This document shows, in pieces, positions 52,501 through 64,000 of a stretch of DNA of 64,000 bases; position 1 is the first letter of the stretch; each line of letters begins with the position of its first letter. Source of the stretch: Azolla caroliniana (Eukaryota; Plantae; Polypodiophyta); NCBI GenBank assembly GCA_043228905.1, contig JBHGNT010000002.1:26908001-26972000 (forward strand). The letters run 5' to 3'. The position numbers and the translations under genes are program-made. The notes beneath the pieces were generated by a model, which was given only the letters and a program-made list of their open reading frames with translations, was not told the DNA's origin and ran no database searches.

Positions 52501-55500
52501 AAACTATTCAAAATATATAATAAACCAATTGTGGATTTTGTCAGATGTTTGTCGATCTGTAAGTCATATATCTTCTAGATTTAATGGATGAGAATACTAT
52601 CAACCCCGCATTTTCATCAATTTATATCAACATAAATTAATAGTCTTATTTTCAAAGTTGTGTATTTTGATTAGCTGTTCTCCAAGATGAGACAACATAT
52701 GGAATCTATTACTTGATCTTAGGGGCAATTTTGATCTCTTGATAGACATCAATATATATTTCTTTCACCAGAAAACTTTCTGCAAAATTTAGTATCACTA
52801 TAATTTCCACTGCTAAGTAACTTTTCTTTGGCTGTTGGCTTACGTATCAGTCTTTATAATGGACTAGACAATACAAATATTTAGGAATAATGCATGTTAT
52901 AATTTTTGACATTGTATTCAGTGTAATTGGCATGCCTACAATGTCTTATTTGGGCCGTTACAATATATACATTACATGGGTCAAGTAGTAGCTACACCCT
53001 TGCAGCATATGATCATCACAATAAGTCAGAGAACCTATCTTCATATAAAAACATTAAAAATAATATAAAAAATTGTATGAAAGGAAATTTGCATCGATGA
53101 TACCGTCACAAAGTGCAACTTTCACTCTTCTTCCTTCACAGTGTCTTTGAGAGAAGACTTCATAAATGTCTATCTCCGCAAGGAGTGTATCAACTGCATG
53201 GGGAGATTCCTGCACAATCAAAAGATTGCAGGAGCTAGTTATTTGACTCAAGCACCATGTAAATGCGTTAGAGATGACTTGAAAACAGCATATATGTTGA
53301 CAATTTTAAAAGATATTTCCTAAAAATTGTTTTTCTAAACAATATTATTTATAAAATATTGCCGTGGAAAACTCAGGTGCACAGGAACCTTTGATGGGAG
53401 TTTTAAATTCAACAGTGCATTCAACATTACCAGAATAAAATAATGTTAGTTTTAAATATAAGTGTCTTTCTTCTTCATTTAAACATTACACAAATGTGCC
53501 TTTGCATATGAAAGCCTTCAAATATTTTTAAGAGTGATCTAGCATCTATTAGTTACCCCCACGAGTGGGACAGGAAAGAGTGGTGCAATTAATGATGTAC
53601 ACAGGTTAGCCATATGGATTAACATATTGAATTATACGAATTTTACAGACAGCTAGGGTTAGTTCTTCACTTCACTGAGTTATATCTATACCTGCATGCT
53701 TAGAAGTATCTGTTTATTTATTCCTATGTTTAAATATTGACATCCTTCTTCATCTTGAATTAAAAGAACTCTTGCATTGCATATACATGTGATTCTTAAA
53801 TTAGTTTGTAAGTTACCTCGTCAAACACTGAAAATCTTTCTTCAACAAGATTGGAAAGATCATCATGTGCCTCATCTTCAGAAGAATCTATAAATAGAAT
53901 AAAATTATAATGATACATAAGCAACATTATACTACTATCTAAAGGCTATCAGAATATACCATCATTACCAGAAAGGGTTGCCAGCAGGTTATCGACAGAG
54001 GGTAGAGTATGTTCTGTTCTTACACCCACACCACCAACAGATGGACCCCAAGAAAATGGTCCTGCACTTAAATCAATAAATGCCCACCTGCAATCGAAGT
54101 GAAGAATAATTTCATTGAGAAACATCAATGCATCATTTGAAACGATCAACCACTTTATCATTATACATAGATGGCCAGACAGGTGAGAGGTCAGAGTAGA
54201 GAATGCATTTTAAACAATCAGATTCGAGGTTTCAACTCACAGACAATTTTATTTTTCAAAACATAATACCTCGGGGGAATTCAAAGCATTCAACGCACCA
54301 ATTGAGAAATGTGAATAAAAAATAGTAGGCAATTGACTGCAATGATATGAACTATGTTGTGTTGCCAATGGCACACGATCGGAAACCACCTCCAAAGCAA
54401 GTAACTTATCTAATGTATAATAAACACAAAGAGCGTATTTCGAACTCAATACCCTTCCTCTTTGAAGGAATATAAGTATCACTAAGATAACTATTTCATA
54501 TGTTAAAAACATACTACATTCTTAAATACATAGTCAATAAAATTATTGTAAGTCAGCTGAAGCATGAGCACTAAGTGGTGACAATCTATTAGACCTTAAT
54601 GCATGTGAGACCCTATATAAAGGTGTTCTCATCTTATGTAAAAGGGGGAAGAGAGAAAACAATCAATATCCATGTCTCAAAAAATAAAAGAGCAATGTGG
54701 CGCAAAAAATCTCAAAAGGAGGGTTGAAATTTGAAGTTTAAGTTCACATAAATTAATATAATCATATCTTCTTTCCATTCGAGTATATTTATTTAAGTCG
54801 TTCAATATCTATAAGTTAGAAATTTTAATATGTATAAATAAATAGATAAATATTCAAGGATTGTTTTGGTTTATTGGTGGAGATTATTTAATCTATCGCA
54901 AAGTTTGTGGGTTCAGACCTATCTTGATAAAAACAATCCTTTTGAACCATCTTTTAGAGGCCCAGTCCTTCTCCGCGCATGTATGACACGCACTTCACGA
55001 CAGCAGAGAGTTGAATTCATGGTTTAAGAGTTTTTCCTGCCATTAGATAATTTATACTCGCATGCAGTGTATCAAGATAGTCTTTGATCAAATTCGGTTT
55101 GAAAACTTTGTAGTACGAATGGCATAGCATTTCTGTTGGATATCCCATTCATTTCCAATCTACCATAAATCAGCATCTATGTATCAACATTAGATTTGAT
55201 ATATCGACTCATAAGAAATGAGAGAATTTATTTTTTTTAAGCCAAAATACAGTGTAAGAAAGAAAGTAATATTCTCGCCTACGAAAGCCCAAAATGACCA
55301 GTGATGTGTTACAGTAATGTCGCCTACAACTCCTATGACCAGCCATGAACGCTTTTATCTTTTTGAGAAGAGTGAGGTTGTGGATGGGCTCCCTGAGGTC
55401 ATGACCATTTTGTGTGACAGAGTGTTGTAGCTCTCCTGCCATGGCAGGTGCTTCCCTCGCTTCAGAGGCCTCTCAATTCTGGATCGACCTAAAAAACTTT

Positions 55501-58500
55501 TGATTTTTTGTTCTCAAAGACAAGACAACACTTACAATGTAATCTCTTGTTTGGTCTTATTGGCCATTTTGGCCTCTTAAAAGACATTAATATTTCTTTC
55601 TTTCTTTCTTTCTACCCTCTTCAGACTGCACATCAACAGGGTAGAGGAATACATCTGATGGGGAGGCGGCAAGAGAATTGATTCATGTCTTTTATGCTGA
55701 TGACAGAATCTTGGTGTCAATATCATGCAGGCTGCAACATCTCAATGCCCTATGGCTTTCACAGGGCAAAAAGAGTTTTGGTAAACCTAGGAAAAACTAA
55801 TATCTTGATCTTTCATAAATCCACATCGACTTGCAGTCCCCCCATCATCAAGGTAAGTTGACGTAGAGGCTTCCTATGGATATCTAGGGAGTCACATGTA
55901 CACGAACAAATGAATGCTTCTCTATAACCCAGGTTGCCAAGGATCAACTCAAGCCTTATGCCACCTTAGCATGATACAATGCCACAAGGCACACAAGCAT
56001 GGTAATTCAACACCACAGTCAACCCTGCTCTCATTTACAATACAGCTGTATGGGCTCCAAGCCTCCTCATGTACATGTGGACACAACTAGAGAGTTCACT
56101 AGTAATGATGTTGACATGGATGATGCACACAAAGCATCCACACCACATGAAATCATTTGTGCTGAATTGGCAACACCCATTATGATGGTAGAAGCATTAT
56201 CCCAGATAGTGTGCTTCATCAACCAGATTCAAACCATGCCAGCTCAAAGAATTACACTGAAGCATCAATGCAAATGGTGACAACAGAACATGCAGAAGAA
56301 TCATGGTATTCACAGTTGATATGGCCTCAACATCGAGAACTTTCCATCCTTTTGATATTGTACAACTCTACAAAATGACGAATGAAAGAAGATATTATGG
56401 CAAGATCCATGGCAGGTTTATACCTAAAAGACTTGGGTCACACCAATGGTGCCTCTTCCCCTAAAGATGGCCTCCCGCGAAGATAATTTTATTGACTTTT
56501 CAAAGGATGGATTCATACACAAACTGAGGGACATGGACATCTACATGCCACATAGTGCTTGCAAGAAATAGGCCAACTTACAGTTTACACCGACCAAATA
56601 GAGATTAAAGCAGGACAAGCCCTTCACATACCTAGAACTGAAAGATGTATGTCAAGGAGAAATCAAAAGCAAGGACCATCTCATACATAGGTGCCCAGCT
56701 TACAAGCATGTCTGAGAGAAATATGCTATTCTATACATGAGCTCCTTCATTTGACAAAACAAATAGGGAAGAAGTCGAATGTGCTCAAACTTTAAAAGCA
56801 TATGACTTCTTCCATAGCTCCACACCTCTACTAACAATGTGCCAAGGAGTCAACATAGAGCAAGAAAAGGAATGCCGAGAACATAGACCATGAGTACTAG
56901 AATACAAGGCACATGGTTCATACCATCAGCAGATCATGGAAATTCATTGCTTTCCATGTTTGATCTGCATGAGGACACCAAACTGCAATTGTTCAACTTT
57001 GTCATAGCCTTGTTCTACTGCACCAACCTCGGATACAATGTCCAATCATCACTATTCAAACCATACATATTAGTTATGCAGTTCATGCTAGTATCCCATC
57101 TCCAAAATCATTTTGCCAGATGTATTAAGATCACAATCATGAAACGGTAGGAAACCTAGAGCTTTTATTTTTGTTTCAGTATCAACAACATGAATTCACT
57201 CATATTTGTAATCATGATTTGTCTCGTAGACCAACTTTGGCCTCTAGTAGACATTAATATATATTTCTTTCTAGGGTGGCTCTGCTAGGGCATGTTCTAC
57301 TATGTGTTGAGTTCGGGGGTAGACATGATGGGAGCTATGAAGAAGTTAGTGATGGTTAACTTGGAACCAAAACTGCATGCAAATTAGACTGTTTTCTGCT
57401 GCCCTCAGCAACCAAAACTGTGGTTCTGTAAAAGTAATATGTCGTCTCACATAAAAACACAGGTCACATGACAATCACAAAAACCCCTGTCAGTTATTGA
57501 ACTGGATTCCAGATTTATTGATTATGCTAAGAATGCGATGAAGATCATATCCACTTAAGTTCTTTGTTGGCACAAAACACCATTTCTATGATGTGTCAAG
57601 GTACCACCATTACAGAACCTTCACCAAATTTAATATGAGCATAGTAATGGCACCTTGACACGTCATAGGAGTGAAGTTTTGCAGACGGAGAATTTGATGT
57701 GGATATGATCTTCCTCACATTCTTAGCATAGTCAATGAATCTAGAATCATATGCAACCGCCCTTTTACTAAATAAGAAGGAAGAAGAATATGATGAAGGC
57801 AGTACTTATATGTGCATACATACACACTCACAAAGATATTTATTATTTATTTATTTTATATTTATATTTATATTATACCCACAGACCAAATAATGCAGTC
57901 TTTTTCCACTCAAAAAAAATGTGACTTTCTGTGAAATCTCATGAACACAACCTTTCAATGCCAACCCAAGTATCAACAAGACAATCTGAATGAAGACCAG
58001 CATTTTCCTCCAGGCTTAACTCCCGTTGAAGGGCCAAAGCTATGTCTGAACCACTCTTATGTAATACCTGCACAACCACTTTACATGAACACTATACCAT
58101 GTTGAATTACTCATATAAGAAATAAAAGTTCGAGAATCCTAAAGTCTTATCAACTAAAGAAGTGAATAAAGCTTCCATATAAAGGACATTATTTTATTGT
58201 AAGTGACAATGTAGTTAGAAAATGTGTTCACTCAAGAATGAGTTACCTCCTGTGCCTTTGCAATTACAATTTCTGCACCAGTTTTATCCTGCAATGATGT
58301 TTCTATCGTTTTCAAAGCATCAAAAGATGCATCAATCCAATGTTCCTGGGATAAAATTACCACTTATATGTCAACAGTTCTGTAGATACCAAGGACAGTA
58401 TAAATCAAGATTTCTCAATTACCATGTCTGCTTTCTCCACAGTTGACCAAGCAAACCTCAGCATAGGATGGTGTTCATACAAGGGACTCGTCTTTCTTTC

Positions 58501-61500
58501 CATGTCTATACAAAACTATTTTTATCAACGTGAACAACTCTTGTCAAGAGTTTACAAAATTATTTTGTGCTCATACCTAGTGGATTTGAGATTTTCCCAG
58601 ACTTTGATTTAATAACAGCCAGCCGTGCTTCGTTATCCTGACATCCAAAATAAAATACTCCTTCAGAGGGCCTAAATACTATAACCTTGATCCAAAAATA
58701 AACACAAAGAAACTCTAACTAGTTAGCTATTGATCATCAATCACTGTATGTACAATTTATTTATAACCAACACATAGAGAGAGTGAAAAAAATGTGTCAT
58801 TGATGAGCTGAGAGGAGAAATGAAGTCTGCTGTATTTTACCTCCTTCAGAAACCGTATCTCTGTATCAGATAAACCTTGCCTGTATAAAATGTGTCAAAG
58901 CTATTAAGATCCACTTGTCACAACTTTAACATCCTGCTTTACATTTGCTGCTCTTTAATCAGCATTATCACTTGCATAAGCTTACCTATAACCATAATGG
59001 GCACGATTTGGATTACGTTTTGGATTCAAAATGAAGATATTGTATGCATTCCCAAGTTGCAAATAATGCACCAAGCTTGAGAAAATATATGAAATACTGT
59101 CAACATCAACTTGCCATTGGACATCTGAATCAGGCCTGCCAGATCATATAAAGAGAAATAAATAAATAACACAGCACCCAACACAAAAAATATGGAGCTT
59201 CTCAGATGACAGGAGACATACCTAGCATCCTTTAAGTCTTCCTTCCGTGACAGAACCTTCAAGGCATATTCAAATACTGCTGTAACCTTATCTGACATTT
59301 CAATAGCATGGACAGAATAACTGCAAAAGACCAACTATGTTTTAACATACCCAACATTTGCTTAGGCACACAAATGGAACTATGTTCTCTTTACTTGTAA
59401 TGAATATGACTAATAAGTGGAAGATGATGCCGCTGCTCTCCGTCAGCTCTTTGTCTATAAAATGGTGTAAGTGATTCTCCCACTTGGGGAACTCGTGTAT
59501 GATCCAGCACATGGTCTATCTGATTGAACCATCGCTCAAGCTCTTCTTGTCCAAGTCTCACATCTTAAAACAAGAAAAGGAAGTTAATGCATAGACTATA
59601 AATATTCACTTGTAAAACCCAAATCATGCAGCTGCTCTGGAAATCAAATCAAGTAAATGAGGAAAAAATTTAAAAGGTAGTATTTAAATGCATATATATT
59701 AAGTGTTCTATTGTCTATTAGAAAATTGAAAATAATGGTGTTTTCATAAATGACAAAAGAAACATTTTACAATGAAAATGAAAATACAAAGACAAATAGT
59801 TGAAAAGAATCCTAGATAACAAAATATCACGAGTCAAAATATTAAACAGAAAACAAATCTACGCTAAATAAAAGCAAAGGGAATCATATTATGGTTATGC
59901 AATCCAGCTAACACTTTTTCAACATAGATAGCATGGTTGATATTAACTGTACAAGAAATCCATCAAAATTTTCATGTGTCCAAATTATGAGGATGGTACA
60001 AAAGGAGTATGCAAAGCTGCAGACCTGACTGCAAGAAATTGTCATTGGGTTTTTACCACCATGTAACACAACCACATGTAATTTGGCTGCAAACAAAATC
60101 AAAGGAAAGGCAAGAGCGTCCCTAAGATACGATAAAGCGTGCCTTATTGTATCTATTCCATTCCGCTAGTTAAGGCATTACATTGACTCCTCATGGTCTC
60201 TTCCAGATGCACCACCCAGTATTTGAGTGCAACATCTCTTCCAGGTATGCCACAAGGTGATGATGGGCATCTGACTAATCACAAGGCAACACATCCATAT
60301 TGCATCACATAAAATAGCAAAAAGATGAGAGCTGCTGAAGTCCCACATGAGACAAATGCATATCCAGTCTATGCTGCAACCGCAGTACTGTTCCCCAAGA
60401 AAGAAAACATGTATGAAAACCTGAAAGTGGAAGAGCCGACCATCCAACACATGTGGGATGCAATCTATAATCAGTCTGCAACTCTAGCACATGGTTATCA
60501 CGCCTACTTACAAGTGGAATCGTCTCCAACCCTCAGGGTCGAATACTACCATAAATACTGCATGTGCAGCACGCTAGTGGAAGTGAACTTCTCCAAAAAT
60601 GATTGAGAGATTCATTAACAACTCCTGCAAAAAGCCAATGTCCTAACTGTGGAAATTTCATGATGTTCTCCTATCAACGTGTGCCTCTTACATCCAAAAC
60701 ATGGCAGAATATGCAATACAAAGACATGCTACATCCACTCAACTTGATCCATATATGAAACTATTACAGCATGAGATACAATAATTTCATGTGTTGAGAG
60801 CACCAAGATCAGCTTACAGATAAGCTGGGCTTCTTTCACACAATTCTCTTTGCAAACAAAATAATTTATGGCTCTAGTTATCTACAAGTACATCAGAAAC
60901 TTCCTAAGTAGTATGATATCTATACCCTTTTCAAGCAATATCAACTAGAAAATAGACTAAAACTTTAGCAAGTGCTTTTCTAAATTAATGTCTTTCAATA
61001 ACATGGACAAAGGATTGTTCTAACAAATCAGAGATCCCTTTCTCAAAAGCAAAACAAAGAGGACTATTAATATATGAATGTCACATGAGAAATTTAAAAC
61101 TTGTTCATTCTATAAAACATATATGCTCTAAATTTTTCTGCACATAAATGCCAACAACATATACATATCTGTAACTCATAAACTCACAAACAAGAAAGAT
61201 TTATCCCAGTGCAGTCCAAGAAAAAATTGCACTCATAATTTACATATGTATTCCATACCTGTACTAAAATGGAAACGAAATAGACTGTAGATGTAATGAG
61301 AAAGCAACTGTATCAATGTTAAGAAAGAGACAAGCAAACCTTGGTTTCCTTTGCCTTCAAAGCCTACAAAAATGAAGTTAACTGGTAATGGCAAATAGAT
61401 GGACTCCACCGGTACCAGCTTCAGGTAATCTGCTACAGATGCTGTAGACAATGCAAGTACACTTGAGCAAAAACAGCTACTTTTATAAGACTAGATCTCT

Positions 61501-62809
61501 GAATCAAGTATTGAGCAACTAATGTATTAGTGATTAGAGATGACAGTTTTCTCACATGAAAAAACAGCAACAAGTAAAACAAATGTATTGATAAAGTCTC
61601 GGTGTATTGCAATATGCCAGAATTTCTTTTCTTCTATTGTCTCATTTTTATAGTTGTTACAATGCTACAAGCAACTGGAGATCCATGAATGCACAAATGT
61701 GAAAGAACATCTCTTCAGCTAAGACTTTAAATCTGAGCAGAAAGAACCACTTGAAGGTATGTCCAGCACCAGCTGTAAATTTTTTCTCAGGTTCATGATA
61801 ACAAAAACAGGATTTTTCCTAATTTGATTATCTTCCACAAAAAAGATTAGAGTTAACCCTTTTTTATGCATCATATTATTTAGGTCCATAAGCACAGATG
61901 ATGTCCTAGGAGACCAATCCTCGCTTTTTTTCATTCTCAGGCTCACCATCACTGGTTCCTCCATTTCCGAGCTTGGTGGTTACAGATAAACTTTAAAAGC
62001 CTTGCAACTTTAAAAAGTGAACAAATTGGAAGAGAATTTCCATTACTCTGAAAACAAATTAAATTTTCACCAGTGTAGAGAACATGTAGAACAATTTAAT
62101 TTAATAACACCCCACAACAAGTTTCATGGTATCTGTAGGACTGCTTAGCCCTCAACAGAAATGCTTATGAAGTAGAAGTGTCCATGAGACTGTACCTGCA
62201 GTTGTAAAATTTGAGATGGCGGCCTTTGTGGACTTGGGATCAGGTCGCTCCAAGTCATCGAAGTCTATTCCAAAGAAAAGACATGTGTTAAGAACATACA
62301 GATGCTTTATCTCCTCTACACATTGAGGACTGCCCGTATGGTTGCAAAGGATGACCACTGATTCATTAACCACAGTTGGGTCCCTTTACCTGCCTGCATC
62401 ACCTTTTCACTCCAAAACTTATTCTTTTCTCTCAAATTGAACAGCGACAAAACTGGGGATGAGGATTTAAGCCAGCCTCCATTAGCAGGCCGTTCAATGG
62501 CAGAAACCTTGAGAGAGAAGAAAAACAAATAAACAAAGAAATATGTTGCAGCAAGTGAACGTGAATGGAGTACAGAAAATGCAGTGTACGTTATTTTAAA
62601 TTCTAAGCCTGAAATAAACGGATATGATCTCTGCAAGAGACAACTGTTGAGATTGCATATGCGTTATTTACCTCTGATGTGGAGAGAAGAATTGTGATGA
62701 GCAGAAGCAGAGGCAAAGGCAGAATGGAGGAGACGGAGCTCCGCTGCTTGCCCATATCCAAAACCATTCCAATCCGAACTGCAGTTCCCGATCCAGGGCC
62801 TGCTTTCAT
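46586..62809 (-). CDS. At5g58100-like uncharacterised type I membrane protein (~25 exons)
   Basis: Exons about 62809-62672, 62507-62390, 62264-62196, 61441-61340, 59563-59395, 59320-59222, 59135-58985, 58881-58841, 58638-58577, 58505-58423, 58345-58247, 58047-57951, 54088-53969, 53887-53817, 53209-53104, 51866-51721, 51054-50894, 49247-49144, 48143-47968, 47859-47677, 47567-47468, 47398-47229, 47145-47082, 46982-46906 and 46758-46586. Motifs: SLFNLREKNKFWSE, PVNFIFVGFEGKGNQ, RWAFIDLSAGPFSWGP, AFSVARRAAAVP and DWRWAVGCHPFS. Signal-like N-terminus, C-terminal TM, ends RPRRTKPKVN*. Confidence 0.9.
47146..47228 (-). other. U12-type (minor spliceosome) GT-AG intron
   Basis: Donor |GTATCCTTT; branch-like TCTTTGAC followed by AAAAACAG| with no pyrimidine tract. 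The reading frame is restored (EPT-Y-KESF). Confidence 0.85.
49258..49352 (-). mobile_element. Short retroelement 3'-tail copy ending in (TTTC)n
   Basis: GTTCTCAAAGA...GGCCTCTTAAAG..TTAATATTTCTTTCTTTC matches the copies at 51302, 55510 and 57205. Confidence 0.75.
51302..51405 (+). mobile_element. Short retroelement 3'-tail copy
   Basis: GTTCTCATAGACGAGACAACACTTAAGGTGTAATCTCTTG...GGCCATTTTGGCCTCTTAAAAGACATTAATAT...TTTCTTTC, nearly identical to 55510-55613. Confidence 0.8.
55510..55613 (+). mobile_element. Short retroelement 3'-tail copy ending in (TTTC)n
   Basis: Near-identical to 51302-51405. Confidence 0.8.
55620..57272 (+). mobile_element. 5'-truncated LINE (RT C-terminal half to 3' tail)
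   Basis: YADD (TATGCTGATGAC ~55693), VNLGKT.ILIF, Y.YLG and HLIHRCPAYKHV.EKY finger-like segment. Ends GGCCTCTAGTAGACATTAATATATATTTCTTTCT. Confidence 0.8.
57505..57748. repeat. Long inverted repeat / foldback (MITE-like), ~105 bp arms and ~30 bp spacer
   Basis: Left arm GATTCCAGATTTATTGATTATGCTAAGAATG...GTGTCAAGGTACCACCATTAC is the imperfect reverse complement of GTAATGGCACCTTGACAC...CATTCTTAGCATAGTCAATGAATCTAGAATC. Confidence 0.9.
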
Positions 62810-64000
62810 CGATCTACAGACCTGTGTCCATCACAGTCTCCTCGCCAGTACTTTTGATCTTTAGGAATGGCTGAACATACCCTGTTTCTGGGTCCTTTTG
62901 TTTTGTAGTGGAGTATATTGAAGCACAAAGTGAATTGCATAAGTGGTTTGAGAAGAGATCATTAATGAAGGGCTCCTTGTATTATCAAACTGCAATTTAC
63001 TTTTTGGCACCCGGTCACATGCATACATCATTGGTTTAGGACGTTAATGACGGCTTCATTGTAAGATCATCGGATTAAGCAATGGATTAATAACATCTTT
63101 CGGATATAATAAGTTGATTGCGAACAGATAGTAAAAGTGTTACATATGACATGTTGATCAATCATAGATAATGAAAGTGCTAGGATGCAGTAAGTTTATT
63201 TAATCAGCTTTTGAGTAGGATTAGTGAATTAAGAAATTGGTTAACAAAATTGTTAGTATATATAATAAGCATATTAGTGAATTAAGAAATCAAATAATGA
63301 AAGTGTTAGGATATAATAAGCAAATTATCTAATGAAAGTGCTACAAGATAATAAGTGCATCGATCATTCAAATTTGGTGGTGTTTAGGATACTAGATAGA
63401 CTGTTGGATTGGAAGCAAATTAATGGATAATAATGGTTGGATCATTATGCATCAAAGGATTTATTAAATCACAATTCATTCAGGGAGCATTTGATGTGTT
63501 TTGAGACTTCGTTAGGGTTATGGAATAACGCAAAAAATATTTTTGAGTTATTTCAATTACTTATTTGAGAACTTGAGATCAATTAAAATCTATGAGTTTC
63601 TGCGATATCATTACTTTTTAACAAGTTTAACATGGTATTTAGGTGAGTAGTTGATAGAGATGAAACTTTCATACCTCTCGTTTCTATTGCTAAAGTATAG
63701 CGAACATTGAAGCATATTTCTAAAACATAAAACCTTTATATATTATACTTAGAGACCTCCATGGATGTTTAAAGGAGGCACGCTGAGTTTAGTTGTCTAG
63801 CCTTATGAAACAGTTCTAAATGCTCATTTAAAGAATTTAGAGTAAGTGAGAAATTGATTATTGTAGGAATTGAAACAAACCCATAAGGACGTAGGATATG
63901 CGATGGTCCAAGCAACTAACGAGTTTAGTTATATAAAGGGAACTTGCTACCCACTTTAATACAATATCTCAAGAGGCTTTGACTCGTTATCAGTGAGGCA

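Noticed and set aside
54919-55080. 11-bp inverted repeat CTATCTTGATA/TATCAAGATAG as MITE ends
   Set aside because: Too short, no TSD, and no second copy in the window.
60180-60700. Possible LINE remnant in an intron
   Set aside because: Compositionally suggestive, but I could not support any diagnostic motif.

Overview
Eukaryotic nuclear DNA from a land plant. A fern-like origin is inferred from the style of the PLS-PPR protein and the LINE remnants, but is not proven. The window is gene-dense, with nine protein-coding genes, most with spliceosomal introns so the ORF track shows only pieces: the 3' part of a monothiol glutaredoxin (GRXS15/Grx5 type), a plastid acyl carrier protein, an uncharacterised type II membrane protein, a long PLS-class PPR, an LdpA-family 4Fe-4S protein, a CHX cation/H+ antiporter, a CRF-domain protein, a CRP1-like P-class PPR, and a ~25-exon At5g58100-like type I membrane protein. 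It also holds a U2 snRNA variant with promoter elements, a decayed Ty1/copia element, several LINE remnants sharing a (TTTC)n 3' tail, a 244-bp foldback hairpin, and short tandem duplications. Most notable: (1) a CRF-domain protein with no AP2 DNA-binding domain, preceded by four E2F-consensus sites; (2) a structurally intact but divergent U2 with Pol III-like USE-TATA spacing and an interrupted Sm site; (3) an in-frame TAA interrupting the PPR E domain; (4) a U12-type intron; (5) a retroelement tail that supplies a host 3' splice signal. Exon coordinates were read by eye and may be off by a few bases.
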